From: Chthoniobacterales bacterium
GTDB taxonomy: Bacteria > Verrucomicrobiota > Verrucomicrobiia > Chthoniobacterales > UBA10450
NCBI GenBank assembly: GCA_013695925.1
Contig: JACCZO010000180.1
Span: forward strand, 1-34,713
Length of the DNA: 34,713 nucleotides
Reading direction: 5' to 3'
Part shown: positions 7,460-15,954 of the stretch, piece by piece
Layout of the letters: each line of letters begins with the position of its first letter
Numbering within the stretch: the first letter of the stretch is position 1
Notes under the pieces: model-generated
What the model was told of the DNA's origin: nothing
The model's database searches: none
The model's input: the letters and a program-made list of their open reading frames with translations, nothing else
Made by a program: the position numbers and the translations under genes

Positions 7460-9055
7460 GTGAAGAAACTCGGCCGCCTCTTGCTCTGGCTCCTCGCCGG
7501 GGCCGTAGTTTTGGCCTTCATCGTCTTGCTCGCGGTCAATCTCTATGTCCAATCGCAGGGCACCCACCATCGCATTCAGCAGGAACTCAGCCAGCGGCTC
7601 AACACGCCGCTCCATCTTCGCCAGATCAGCGTTACTCCCTGGAGCGGGCTGAAGCTCAACGGCATCACCATTCCGCAGGAGTCCGGCAAGATCGGCGGCA
7701 ATTTCCTCGAGGCGCAGAGCTTCCAGCTGCGGGTGCAGTTCTGGTCGCTTTTCAGGGAGCGGCTCGTCATCCGGCAGGTTTCGTTGATTAAACCGGAAGT
7801 CGTCTGGGCGCAGAATTCCGCCGGCAAGTGGCGGCTGCCCGAGTTGCCGCCGGAAAAGTCCGCCCCTCGACCGGCCCCTCCGACCGAGCCGGCGGCCTCT
7901 CCTCTTCCCACTGCAATTCTCGCCTCGACCGCGACGGTGGCCGTCCTGCCTAACGGGCCGGGTCTCGCTCCCACGCCCGCTCCCGTTTTTACCCCCGAAG
8001 TTCAGCGCGTCACGCTCAAGGACGGCGACTTCACCTTCCTCGATGCCGCCGGCCGGGTGATCGCGAAATTTAACGGACTCCACTTCACTTCCAGCTTCCG
8101 CACCGCGACCGCGATCAAGGGCAGTGCGCGGGTCGACAAGATCTCGTTGCGGGATCGCTTCTTCATCGAGAACCTCGAATCCCCGCTCCGCTACCAGCCC
8201 GAAGAGCTGGGCTTTTCCAACATTTCCGCCCAGGCCGCGGGCGGCTCGATCAGCGGTCGTTTTGAGATGGAATTGCAAGCCCCCGATTCGCCCTTCACCG
8301 TGGAGGTTAAATTCCGCGAGCTGCAGGCGGAGAAACTCATGACCAACGCGGGCGGGCCCGCCGGCATGATCCAGGGCCGCCTCGAAGGATTCCTCAATGC
8401 GGCCGGAAAAACAGCCGACAGCAACGCCCTGACAGGCCACGGCGAAATCGTGCTGCGCGACGGAAAATTGCAACAATACAGTCTCCTCGTCGCGCTCGGA
8501 CAGATTTTGCAGATCGATGAGTTAATGCAGCTCGATCTCGAGCAGGCCGAGGTGAAATATCACATCAGCCCCGGGATTGTGACGATCGACCAGTTGCTCC
8601 TTCGTTCGCCTAACATTCGCCTGACCGCGACCGGCACGATCAGTTTCCGGGGAAAATTACGGCTCGATTCGCAACTCGCGCTGAATGACAAGGTGCGGCG
8701 CCAACTCTTCAGCCCGATCCGGCAAAACTTCCAACCCCTGGCGGAACCGGCCGGCTACGCCGCGGTCAATTTTCAGGTCAGCGGAACCGTCGATCGGCCG
8801 AAAACCGACTTGATGGATAAGCTGGTCGGCCGCGATCTACGCGATCTGCGCGGCGTGATCAGCAGCCTCTTCGGGCACGGGAAAAAGAAAAAGAAACCCG
8901 CCAAAGAATCGCCTTCGCCTAACGAGGAGGTCGAGACGTCCCGCGAGACCACACTCGCGGCTGACCAGACCGCAACCCCTTCGGATCAAACCGCCTCCTC
9001 GCCTTCGGTTACGCCCACCTCCTCGCCGTCGGCCACACCTTCGCCTTCGCCATGA
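7460..9055 (+). CDS. AsmA-family (outer-membrane biogenesis) protein with an S/T/P-rich C-terminal tail
   Basis: It has an N-terminal signal-anchor (LLLWLLAGAVVLAFIVLLAV), an AsmA-like N-terminal region and a C-terminal region (VSGTVDRPKTDL). The start is GTG, and the stop overlaps the rsmD start (ATGA). Confidence 0.68.
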   Translation: MKKLGRLLLWLLAGAVVLAFIVLLAVNLYVQSQGTHHRIQQELSQRLNTPLHLRQISVTPWSGLKLNGITIPQESGKIGGNFLEAQSFQLRVQFWSLFRERLVIRQVSLIKPEVVWAQNSAGKWRLPELPPEKSAPRPAPPTEPAASPLPTAILASTATVAVLPNGPGLAPTPAPVFTPEVQRVTLKDGDFTFLDAAGRVIAKFNGLHFTSSFRTATAIKGSARVDKISLRDRFFIENLESPLRYQPEELGFSNISAQAAGGSISGRFEMELQAPDSPFTVEVKFRELQAEKLMTNAGGPAGMIQGRLEGFLNAAGKTADSNALTGHGEIVLRDGKLQQYSLLVALGQILQIDELMQLDLEQAEVKYHISPGIVTIDQLLLRSPNIRLTATGTISFRGKLRLDSQLALNDKVRRQLFSPIRQNFQPLAEPAGYAAVNFQVSGTVDRPKTDLMDKLVGRDLRDLRGVISSLFGHGKKKKKPAKESPSPNEEVETSRETTLAADQTATPSDQTASSPSVTPTSSPSATPSPSP

Positions 9056-9684
9056 GAGTCATCGCCGGAAGCTCCGGCGGCATCCGGCTCTTCGTTCCCA
9101 AGACCGATGTCCGGCCCACCATGGATCGGGTCAAAGCCGCCATCTTCTCCAGCCTGGGCGAGCGCGTTATCGGCGCGCGGGTGCTCGATCTCTTTGCCGG
9201 CACCGGCGCGCTCGGGATCGAGGCGCTCAGTCGCGGCGCGGCTTCTGCCATGTTTGTGGAAATCGATCGCCAGGCGATCGCCGCGATCGAACGCAATCTT
9301 GCCCAGACCGGCCTCAGCGGCCGGATTCGGAAACAGGACGTTTTTGATTTTCTCAATCACGCCAGCACCGCTGAGTCGCACGATCTGATTTTCGCCGACC
9401 CGCCCTACGACAAATCGAAGCTCGGCGATGCCTTCACCAAGCTTCTCCTGCGCAACGATCGTCTGCCCCCGCGCCTAACGAGTGACGGAATTTTCGTGCT
9501 CGAAAAAAGACCCGGCGAGCGCCTGCCGGCGACGGATTTTTGGGAAGTCACCCGGCGCAAAACCTACGGCGCGACCGAGACGATTTTCCTGCAAGTTGTA
9601 GCCGGGGGCGGTGACTCCGGCCGAGCCAGGGCCAAGAAAGCGTTACGCCAGCCGGGGTCAACGCCCCCGGCTACAACGCAATGA
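9052..9684 (+). CDS. rsmD: 16S rRNA (guanine966-N2)-methyltransferase RsmD
   Basis: Motifs present are MRVIAG..GG, RPTMDRVKAAIFS, LDLFAGTGALGIEALSRGA and FADPPYD. The C-terminal ~25 aa are read-through of a palindromic repeat (9595-9677). Confidence 0.88.
   Translation: MRVIAGSSGGIRLFVPKTDVRPTMDRVKAAIFSSLGERVIGARVLDLFAGTGALGIEALSRGAASAMFVEIDRQAIAAIERNLAQTGLSGRIRKQDVFDFLNHASTAESHDLIFADPPYDKSKLGDAFTKLLLRNDRLPPRLTSDGIFVLEKRPGERLPATDFWEVTRRKTYGATETIFLQVVAGGGDSGRARAKKALRQPGSTPPATTQ
9595..9677. repeat. REP-like palindromic element, family GTAGCCGGGGGCG (copy 1)
   Basis: GTTGTAGCCGGGGGCG (9595-9610) is the reverse complement of CGCCCCCGGCTACAAC (9662-9677), with additional inner pairing. A second copy lies at 25335-25404. 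Confidence 0.7.
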
Positions 9685-10973
9685 TCCGCCTCCTCTACAA
9701 TCTGCTTTTTCCCCTCGCCCTTGTGATTTTCCTCCCGGGCTATGTCGTGAAAATGTTCCGGCGCGGCAACTACCGAAACAAGTTCGGGCAACGTCTCGGT
9801 CTTTATGACGCGGAAACGCGCGCACGACTCGCTCCCGGCGGCTCGACCTGGCTGCACGCCGTCAGCGTCGGCGAGGTGATGATCGCGCTGAAACTCGCGG
9901 CTAAAATGAAAGAACGCGATCCAGGGCTGCGCGTTTCCCTAACGACTACGACCACGACCGGCTTCGCCCTCGCACAAAAGCACTCGCCGGACTGGATGGA
10001 AGTCCTTTACACACCACTCGACTTTTGGCCGATCATGCGCCGCGCCTTTGCTGTCATTCGGCCGAGCCGCGTCATTCTCGTGGAAGCGGAGGTGTGGCCA
10101 AACCTGACTGCAATCGCGCACGAGACCGGAATCCCGCTCGCCCTGGTGAATGCGCGCCTTTCCCCACGCTCGGAAGGGCGCTTCCGGAAGTTCAGGTTTT
10201 TCGTCCGGCCATATTTTCGCAAGCTTGATCTGATTTGCGTCCAGGAGCCGGAAGATATGGCGCGCTGGGAATCGTTAGGCGCGGAGCGCGCTCGCCTTTA
10301 TCCGGTCGGGAGCATCAAATATGATCCCGAGAATGTGGTTTCGCGCCCGGAGACGCCGCGCGCCGCGCTCCAGGATCTCGGGATTGATCCAGAACGTCCG
10401 ATCCTGCTCGCCGGCAGCACGCATCAGGGCGAAGAGGAAATCCTCGCCCGTATCTATCTCGAGTTGCGGCAGGACTTCGCCGACCTTTTTCTCATCCTCG
10501 CCCCCCGCCACATTGAGCGGACAACCGAGATCCGTTCGCGAATCGGCGCGCTCGATCTTTCCACCGCGCGCCGGAGCCAAATTGTGCACGCTCCCGGGAC
10601 CGATTGCCTGCTTCTCGATACCACCGGTGAACTGCGCGATTGGTACTCGATCGCGACCGTTGTTTTTATGGGCAAGAGCCTGACCGCGCGCGGCGGTCAA
10701 AACCCGGTCGAAGCGATCGTCGCCGGGCGGCCGGTAGTGTTCGGGCCCCACATGGAAAACTTCGCGAATCTCTCGCGCGCGCTCGTCGCCGCCGGAGGCG
10801 CGCTCCAACCGAAGGACGTGACCGGCCTAACGAATGGGTTGCGCGAATTATTGCGCAACCCGCAACAGCGGGAGCATCTGACCCAGCGCGCCCGCACCGT
10901 CCTCGACCCGCATCGCGGGGCGACCGCTCGCACCGCAGAGCTACTCGAAAAGCTGGCCGCGCACGGCACCTGA
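9681..10973 (+). CDS. waaA: 3-deoxy-D-manno-octulosonic acid (Kdo) transferase
   Basis: Evidence is the WLHAVSVGEV signature, GGQNPVEA, a 430-aa length and an ATGA overlap with rsmD. Confidence 0.92.
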   Translation: MIRLLYNLLFPLALVIFLPGYVVKMFRRGNYRNKFGQRLGLYDAETRARLAPGGSTWLHAVSVGEVMIALKLAAKMKERDPGLRVSLTTTTTTGFALAQKHSPDWMEVLYTPLDFWPIMRRAFAVIRPSRVILVEAEVWPNLTAIAHETGIPLALVNARLSPRSEGRFRKFRFFVRPYFRKLDLICVQEPEDMARWESLGAERARLYPVGSIKYDPENVVSRPETPRAALQDLGIDPERPILLAGSTHQGEEEILARIYLELRQDFADLFLILAPRHIERTTEIRSRIGALDLSTARRSQIVHAPGTDCLLLDTTGELRDWYSIATVVFMGKSLTARGGQNPVEAIVAGRPVVFGPHMENFANLSRALVAAGGALQPKDVTGLTNGLRELLRNPQQREHLTQRARTVLDPHRGATARTAELLEKLAAHGT

Positions 10974-11020
10974 AATCCCTTGCATCGGCCGGGAGCGCTC
11001 CGGATATTGGGCGCTCTCCT

Positions 11021-11096
11021 GACCCTATCGTCCAGAGGCCTAGGACACCGCCCTTTCACGGCGGTAACACGGGTTCGAATCCCGTTGGGGTCGCCA
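11021..11096 (+). tRNA. tRNA-Glu (anticodon UUC)
   Basis: The 76-nt sequence GACCCTATCGTCCAGAGGCCTAGGACACCGCCCTTTCACGGCGGTAACACGGGTTCGAATCCCGTTGGGGTCGCCA is near-colinear with E. coli tRNA-Glu. It has anticodon loop CTTTCAC, T-loop TTCGAAT and an encoded CCA. Confidence 0.93.
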
Positions 11097-11132
11097 TCGC
11101 GGGTAGGAGAAAAGGCTGGAAATCACGCGGCA

Positions 11133-11939
11133 ATGTCAAATCTTTCGGCCCTTCAGATCTACGTGATCAATCTCGAGGGCGCGACCAAACGCCGGGCGCA
11201 CATTGAGAAGAGCTTTGCGGAAGCTGGGATCACTTTCCAGCGCGTGCCAGCGATCGATGGGAAAACTTTCCAATGGCAACCTTCCGATTATTCGGAAGGC
11301 TGGTACCGATGCCTGCACGGGCGAGAAGTCAATCGCCCGGAAGTGGGCTGCTACCTTAGCCATCTCCAGGCGTTGCATACTTTTCTCGCGACGGAAGCAC
11401 ACTTCGCCCTGATTTGTGAAGATGATATCTCGCTTGAGAGCGAGCTGCCGGCTGTGCTTTCGGCGGCCGTCACCGCCCCGCGGTTCTGGAATGTTCTTCG
11501 CTTGAGCGGATTATCGGAAGGCCGGTCGCTGCGGGTAAACCGACTGGTCGGCGACTCCTGGGTCTGCCTCAGCCTCGCTCGAATGAAAGGCACCGGGGCT
11601 TACCTGGTCGACCGAAAAGCGGCACGAACTCTCACGCACCGGCTCCTCCCGATGAAGCTTCCCTACGATCACGCGCTGGATCGCGAGTGGTTCTACGGCC
11701 TGAGAGCCGCCACCATTCTTCCTTTTCCTATCAACCAGAAACAAAAGCGCTTCGGATCATCGATCCAAACCTATGCCCAGCCAAAGCTCTCTTCCTGGCG
11801 GCGATTACTCACGACTTACCCTTACCAGGCCTTCAATGAGAGCATGCGCTGGCTCTTCCGGAGCGCCTGGTTTCTGGCCCTCAAGCTGCGCAAGGCCGGC
11901 AGCAATCACCTGCCTCTGCCGCGGCTTCCGTTTTTATAG
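11133..11939 (+). CDS. Glycosyltransferase family 25 (LPS/LOS biosynthesis) protein
   Basis: The N-terminus IYVINLEGATKRRAHIEKSFAEAGITFQRVPAIDGK and the later CEDD motif are typical of GT25. I trimmed the track ORF (10980..) to the ATG at 11133 because its 5' part overlaps tRNA-Glu. Confidence 0.85.
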   Translation: MSNLSALQIYVINLEGATKRRAHIEKSFAEAGITFQRVPAIDGKTFQWQPSDYSEGWYRCLHGREVNRPEVGCYLSHLQALHTFLATEAHFALICEDDISLESELPAVLSAAVTAPRFWNVLRLSGLSEGRSLRVNRLVGDSWVCLSLARMKGTGAYLVDRKAARTLTHRLLPMKLPYDHALDREWFYGLRAATILPFPINQKQKRFGSSIQTYAQPKLSSWRRLLTTYPYQAFNESMRWLFRSAWFLALKLRKAGSNHLPLPRLPFL

Positions 11940-12148
11940 CCGTTTTATTCGTGGAATAGCCCGGCCCGTTTTTCGCCCGTTAGAACGGCAAGATGATGCA
12001 TATTCGCGTGACAAAACGTGACAAACTGAGGTCATTTTCGTGCCCTTCTGCGACCTGCTCAGGCCTTCGAGTCTGACGCCATCGCTTTCTTAAGTTTTTG
12101 ATATATGGCGCGTTGCAAATCATCGAAAGGTCACGAAGAGATCCCTGC

Positions 12149-12178
12149 AACCGGGTTCCAATCCCGTTAGGGTCGCCA
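12149..12178 (+). pseudogene. Duplicate of the tRNA-Glu 3' end (T-arm + acceptor + CCA), a possible att-type direct repeat
   Basis: AACCGGGTTCCAATCCCGTTAGGGTCGCCA compares with tRNA 11066-11096 AACACGGGTTCGAATCCCGTTGGGGTCGCCA (1 deletion, 2 substitutions). No 5' half or anticodon arm lies upstream. Confidence 0.6.
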
Positions 12179-12203
12179 CTCTTTTGCCTTCCCATTCAGG
12201 TAA

Positions 12204-12776
12204 TCAACGGGGCGGCCGCGTGATGCCGCCGGACCGAAGTACGGCGCTGCTGGTCAGATTCGTTGCCCGGAAAATCTTTACTTCCGCTTCCACTTTATCG
12301 AGCGCCTTGGTCTCGGCGGTGATGGTCGCATCCTGCTCTTTCGGCAACACCCTGGCGGCGTTCGCCGCGTCGGTGAAGACGGCCTTCAGCTCGGGCGATT
12401 CCTTGGCCAGCTCTTTCGCCTGCGGACTCTTGAGCCACGTCTGCACCTGATCGCTTTGAGTCGCGAACTGTTCCGTCCGTTGTTTGATGACGGCTTTCAG
12501 AACTCCAAGAGAATTCTCGGCCTGGCGCAATAAATCGTCGGTCAGGGCACGGGTCGGCGCGGCGGATTCCTCGGCGGCGAGCGCAAAGTGATCCGGCACC
12601 ACAATCGGTGTGCCTTTTTCGAGATCGCCGATCTGGTTGAGCTGCGGGTTCAAACGCAAAAGCGCGACCTCCATTTCCGCCTGGGTCGTCTTGGGCGTGT
12701 CCCTCGTTGGCTCGGCCAGTAGTCGTTTGGCCAGGGTTTTGACCGTCTTTTCACCTTTTAATTCTGCGATGTTCAT
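12204..12776 (-). CDS. Hypothetical protein, last gene of the eCIS operon (possible LysM-like N-terminus, helical C-terminal half)
   Basis: The 190-aa ORF has a GGAGGA Shine-Dalgarno 8 nt before its ATG. Its composition is not shadow-like, and I recognise no family. Confidence 0.6.
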   Translation of the reverse strand: MNIAELKGEKTVKTLAKRLLAEPTRDTPKTTQAEMEVALLRLNPQLNQIGDLEKGTPIVVPDHFALAAEESAAPTRALTDDLLRQAENSLGVLKAVIKQRTEQFATQSDQVQTWLKSPQAKELAKESPELKAVFTDAANAARVLPKEQDATITAETKALDKVEAEVKIFRATNLTSSAVLRSGGITRPPR

Positions 12777-12809
12777 GACTTCTTCCTCCGCTGCGTTTTT
12801 TTTGATTCG

Positions 12810-14141
12810 TTAGGCTCCGATGATGTTCAACGGCTGCCAGGGCCCGTCCAGGGCGACGCCGTTAATCAGGATGGGTCCCCCAACAATGTTGCCGAGAACG
12901 GTAAAAGCTTTTTCGTTGGCCGGTTTCAGGTCCAACCCGATGGTGTTGCGTCCGCATTGCACCCGGTTCTCCGCCGCGATGATGGTGGTCGCGGTAACGA
13001 CGGCGCCGGCCGGCATTTTTTCGCCGGTGCAGGCGCAATGATTGCCGGTGAAACGGCAACTGCCCGTGACCAAAATCTCGGCCAGCGCGCTCCGTCCATA
13101 ACCATGCAGCGAATTGGCGGTGATCCCGGCCTGTTCATTCGCCGGGACGGCCGCGGCCGCAAAGGCATTGACCGTGCTGACCCGGCTGAGAGTCGAATGC
13201 GAATCGAAGGCCCTGAAAACGCCGCTGGATGAGGATGCGCCGATCCCGGCGATGCGGATGGCCTGCCAGGGCGCGCTCGCGTCTTCGTTAGGCGTGATCT
13301 GCCGCTTGATCAGGTTATCAGCGATTTCGATATTCACGATCGGGCCCACAACCAAAATGCCGGCAGCGGTATTCGAGAACTGGGCCACGGGCGCGATGTT
13401 CGTGATGGAGTTGTCGCTCACCCGCACATCGAGGCTGTTCTCAACCCGGATGCCGGCGATGACCGCGGCGAGCGGCGAGTTGGTCCCGACCGAGCTGATC
13501 GCGTTGTCCGAGATGGCGCCTTCAAAGACGCCGCGCAGCAGAATGGCCGCGATCTCCGTCGCCTTGTCGGTGGTGCCTTCGGCGACCGCGATGTTGATCA
13601 ACTCGTTCCCGAGCACCTTCACGCTCCCGGCCACACTTCCCGGTTGCATGATGATGCCATTGCCCTCGACCGCGTTGAAAACGTTGTCTTCCACCAGGGC
13701 CGAGACGAGCAGGGTCTCGATCGAGAGTCCGTTCCCGCGCAAGCCCTGGAAACGATTTCCTCGCACGACAATCGGCAGGAGATCGATCGGGATTAACCCC
13801 TGCACGAGGCGGATTCCATTCTGCGTCTCGCCAGTGAAATTCGCGATCCGGTTGTCGGTCATCCGCACCCCGCCCGTGCCGACGACAATACCGTCGCCTT
13901 TTACCGGCGAGATCGTGTTATCGCTGATCTCCAGCTCCGGAAAAGCGAACCCGGTCGCGGAGATTCCGGCGGTGGCGGTACCGAAGATGAAGTTACGCGC
14001 CAGGACAGTGTCGCTCGTGTAATAGCTCGAGCCGCCGAGCACGATCCCATTTTCGCTGCATTGCATCAGGTTTGTGCTCGCAATAGAACGCCCCGAGCAG
14101 GAGGGTGCCGCTGTCGTCCTTTTGACCCAGTGAAAACGCAA
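12810..14141 (-). CDS. Right-handed parallel beta-helix repeat protein (distal fibre / receptor-binding part), probably the 3' portion of a frameshifted longer gene
   Basis: It carries repeated xxDNxI/GNGI beta-helix rungs (ISDNTISPVKGDGIVV, MTDNRIANF, VEDNVFNAVEGNGIIM, ISDNAISS, VSDNSITN). The start is uncertain (TTG 14141 or ATG 14066), and it overlaps the upstream ORF by 74-149 nt. Confidence 0.7.
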   Translation of the reverse strand: MRFHWVKRTTAAPSCSGRSIASTNLMQCSENGIVLGGSSYYTSDTVLARNFIFGTATAGISATGFAFPELEISDNTISPVKGDGIVVGTGGVRMTDNRIANFTGETQNGIRLVQGLIPIDLLPIVVRGNRFQGLRGNGLSIETLLVSALVEDNVFNAVEGNGIIMQPGSVAGSVKVLGNELINIAVAEGTTDKATEIAAILLRGVFEGAISDNAISSVGTNSPLAAVIAGIRVENSLDVRVSDNSITNIAPVAQFSNTAAGILVVGPIVNIEIADNLIKRQITPNEDASAPWQAIRIAGIGASSSSGVFRAFDSHSTLSRVSTVNAFAAAAVPANEQAGITANSLHGYGRSALAEILVTGSCRFTGNHCACTGEKMPAGAVVTATTIIAAENRVQCGRNTIGLDLKPANEKAFTVLGNIVGGPILINGVALDGPWQPLNIIGA

Positions 14142-15936
14142 CTCCCGCTTGCGCGCGCAAAAAGTTGTCGCGGATTTTGGTGAGGAGAAGGAAGCCCGGA
14201 TCGAGCAGAATGCCGGCCAGCGGCCCCGATCCCTCCGCCGGCGGCGCGACGATCAGTCGCTCGATCGTTGTCCCCACGGAATTACTCAATTGGATGGCGG
14301 GCCCAGCAGTAATGGCGGCGATGGTGTGGATCGTGAAATAATCGAGCGTGCACCATTGCGCCTGGCTGATGATGAAAGCCGCGGAGGCGCGCGGCGCGAT
14401 CACGACCGTGGCGGCACCCTGCCCGCGCACCCGCACGGCAAACGCGCCGTTCATCAAGACCGGCTTCTCGGCGAGATTAAAAACTCCCGGACCGAGACAA
14501 ACCGTGCCACCGGTCTTGAGCACTTGGTTGACCGCCTGCTGAATGGTGAGCGTCCCCTGGTTGTGTTGCTCGGCCGTGATGCAGATCGTGCAATCGCAGC
14601 TTTCCCCCTCGCCTAACGGCGGCGGCCAAAAGGTGCGGCAATCGATCACCGTCTCCGGCAAGGTGATGAGCGCCAGCCGGCAGTAATGATGATGCACCCC
14701 GCGCGGGGGGGCTTCGTCCAGTTCCTCGACTGAAGCGTCCGCCGTTCGCGCCACGAAAATCCAGTAATCTCCGGAGCGAAACGCGCCGCCATCCGGCTCG
14801 GTCGTAAACGTGATCTCGACGCCGTCTTCCAGAATAACCGGCGTGCCGGAGGCGGGGACATCGATCACCGCCGGCCCGCCGGATTCCTGATCCCAGCGTT
14901 TGATCCGGGTGTGCCGGTCGGCCTCCGTCAGGTTCTGTCCATTCACCGGAAAATCGCCCGCGTTTAGCGCTGTCTTGAGCGTGATTGTGCGGCTGGAATC
15001 ATCCACCGTATCGACCTGTCGGATGTCGCCCGGTTTGCCGGCGAATTCGCGCCAATCATCCGTGAGCTCGACCCAGTCGCCCGGGCTAAAGCGGCGCACG
15101 GAATCCCAGACCGCACGATCGACCGTCAGGGTCAGGTCGTTTTCTATCGCGCTCACCCCGCTCGCGACCGAGGCGTTGTCGCGCGACCATTTGAAAGTCG
15201 CGTCCCCGATCTCGCCGCCGTCGTGGATTTCGACCCGGTAAGTCCGGTTCTCGAGCCCGCGATAACCGCCGCTCGGAGGGATGAGGCAGGGATCGTCAGA
15301 GGTCGCGACGCCGACACCTTTGGTCGTTAGGCGTCCGGCTGTTGGGCGGACAATATCGAGCCAGCCTTTGATCTGCTCGTCGGGCGTGGCGCAGGTCACC
15401 CCGGGGCCGACATCCGGCAAAACGCGCACCTTCCAGGCCGTCTGCAAACGGGTCGTTGTATCAGGTCCACCGAGCGCGACTTCCCGCAGCTCCGGCTCTT
15501 CCACCGCCGTCACCTCCCGCTCCCAGACGTCGAGATGAACCAGATGCGGCCCGCCGGTCTTGGGCGAAGCCGTGGGATTCGGAAAATAGGGCTGCTCTTC
15601 GTAGGGCAGCGGTTTCACCCCGCGCGACTCGGCCAGAATCGCGTCAAACTCGAGGTCGCCCGCGCCATGGTTCTCGGCCTGCAAACCGTGAACGTAGATC
15701 CGGCCGCGTCCGATCGTCATCGCGCCGCCGCTCAGTTGAATTTCGAATCCTTCCGGCGTCTCCAGCGGGACGACGCAGCGCCCGATGATGTCGATCGTCT
15801 CCGAGCGCCAGCGGCGATCGAGAATCTCGTTCCATTCATTCCATTCCGCGTCGAGTTGCACCCGCCCCTGCTGCATCAGGACGTTTTGGAAATCGTTCTT
15901 CGGATTAAACCGTTGCCGGCTGATGTCTGAGCTCAT
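13993..15936 (-). CDS. DUF6519-like tail-fibre protein with the beginning of a beta-helix domain
   Basis: The N-terminus DISRQRFNPKNDFQNVLMQQGRVQLDAEWNEWNEI matches the DUF6519 signature as I remember it. Beta-helix rungs start near residue 470. The last ~30 aa (AFYCEHKPDAMQRKWDRARRLELLHERHCPGA) look out of frame. Confidence 0.72.
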   Translation of the reverse strand: MSSDISRQRFNPKNDFQNVLMQQGRVQLDAEWNEWNEILDRRWRSETIDIIGRCVVPLETPEGFEIQLSGGAMTIGRGRIYVHGLQAENHGAGDLEFDAILAESRGVKPLPYEEQPYFPNPTASPKTGGPHLVHLDVWEREVTAVEEPELREVALGGPDTTTRLQTAWKVRVLPDVGPGVTCATPDEQIKGWLDIVRPTAGRLTTKGVGVATSDDPCLIPPSGGYRGLENRTYRVEIHDGGEIGDATFKWSRDNASVASGVSAIENDLTLTVDRAVWDSVRRFSPGDWVELTDDWREFAGKPGDIRQVDTVDDSSRTITLKTALNAGDFPVNGQNLTEADRHTRIKRWDQESGGPAVIDVPASGTPVILEDGVEITFTTEPDGGAFRSGDYWIFVARTADASVEELDEAPPRGVHHHYCRLALITLPETVIDCRTFWPPPLGEGESCDCTICITAEQHNQGTLTIQQAVNQVLKTGGTVCLGPGVFNLAEKPVLMNGAFAVRVRGQGAATVVIAPRASAAFIISQAQWCTLDYFTIHTIAAITAGPAIQLSNSVGTTIERLIVAPPAEGSGPLAGILLDPGFLLLTKIRDNFLRAQAGVAFSLGQKDDSGTLLLGAFYCEHKPDAMQRKWDRARRLELLHERHCPGA

Positions 15937-15954
15937 AGGGATTCTCCCGGTTCG

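Noticed and set aside
5662-8476. Long antisense ORFs (5662..6558 +, 5705..6265 -, 7436..8476 -, 7028..7450 +)
   Set aside because: They overlap the well-supported rhomboid, lipid kinase and AsmA-like genes. Their composition is Arg/Gly/Glu-rich low complexity, so they are shadow frames.
10980-11132. N-terminal 51 codons of the 319-aa track ORF preceding the GT25 domain
   Set aside because: This stretch overlaps tRNA-Glu (11021-11096) on the same strand. The conserved GT25 N-terminus begins at the ATG at 11133.
11980-12195. 71-aa minus-strand ORF in the AT-richer spacer
   Set aside because: It overlaps the tRNA-Glu 3' fragment, has no ribosome-binding site and has a basic, low-complexity composition, so it is likely non-coding.
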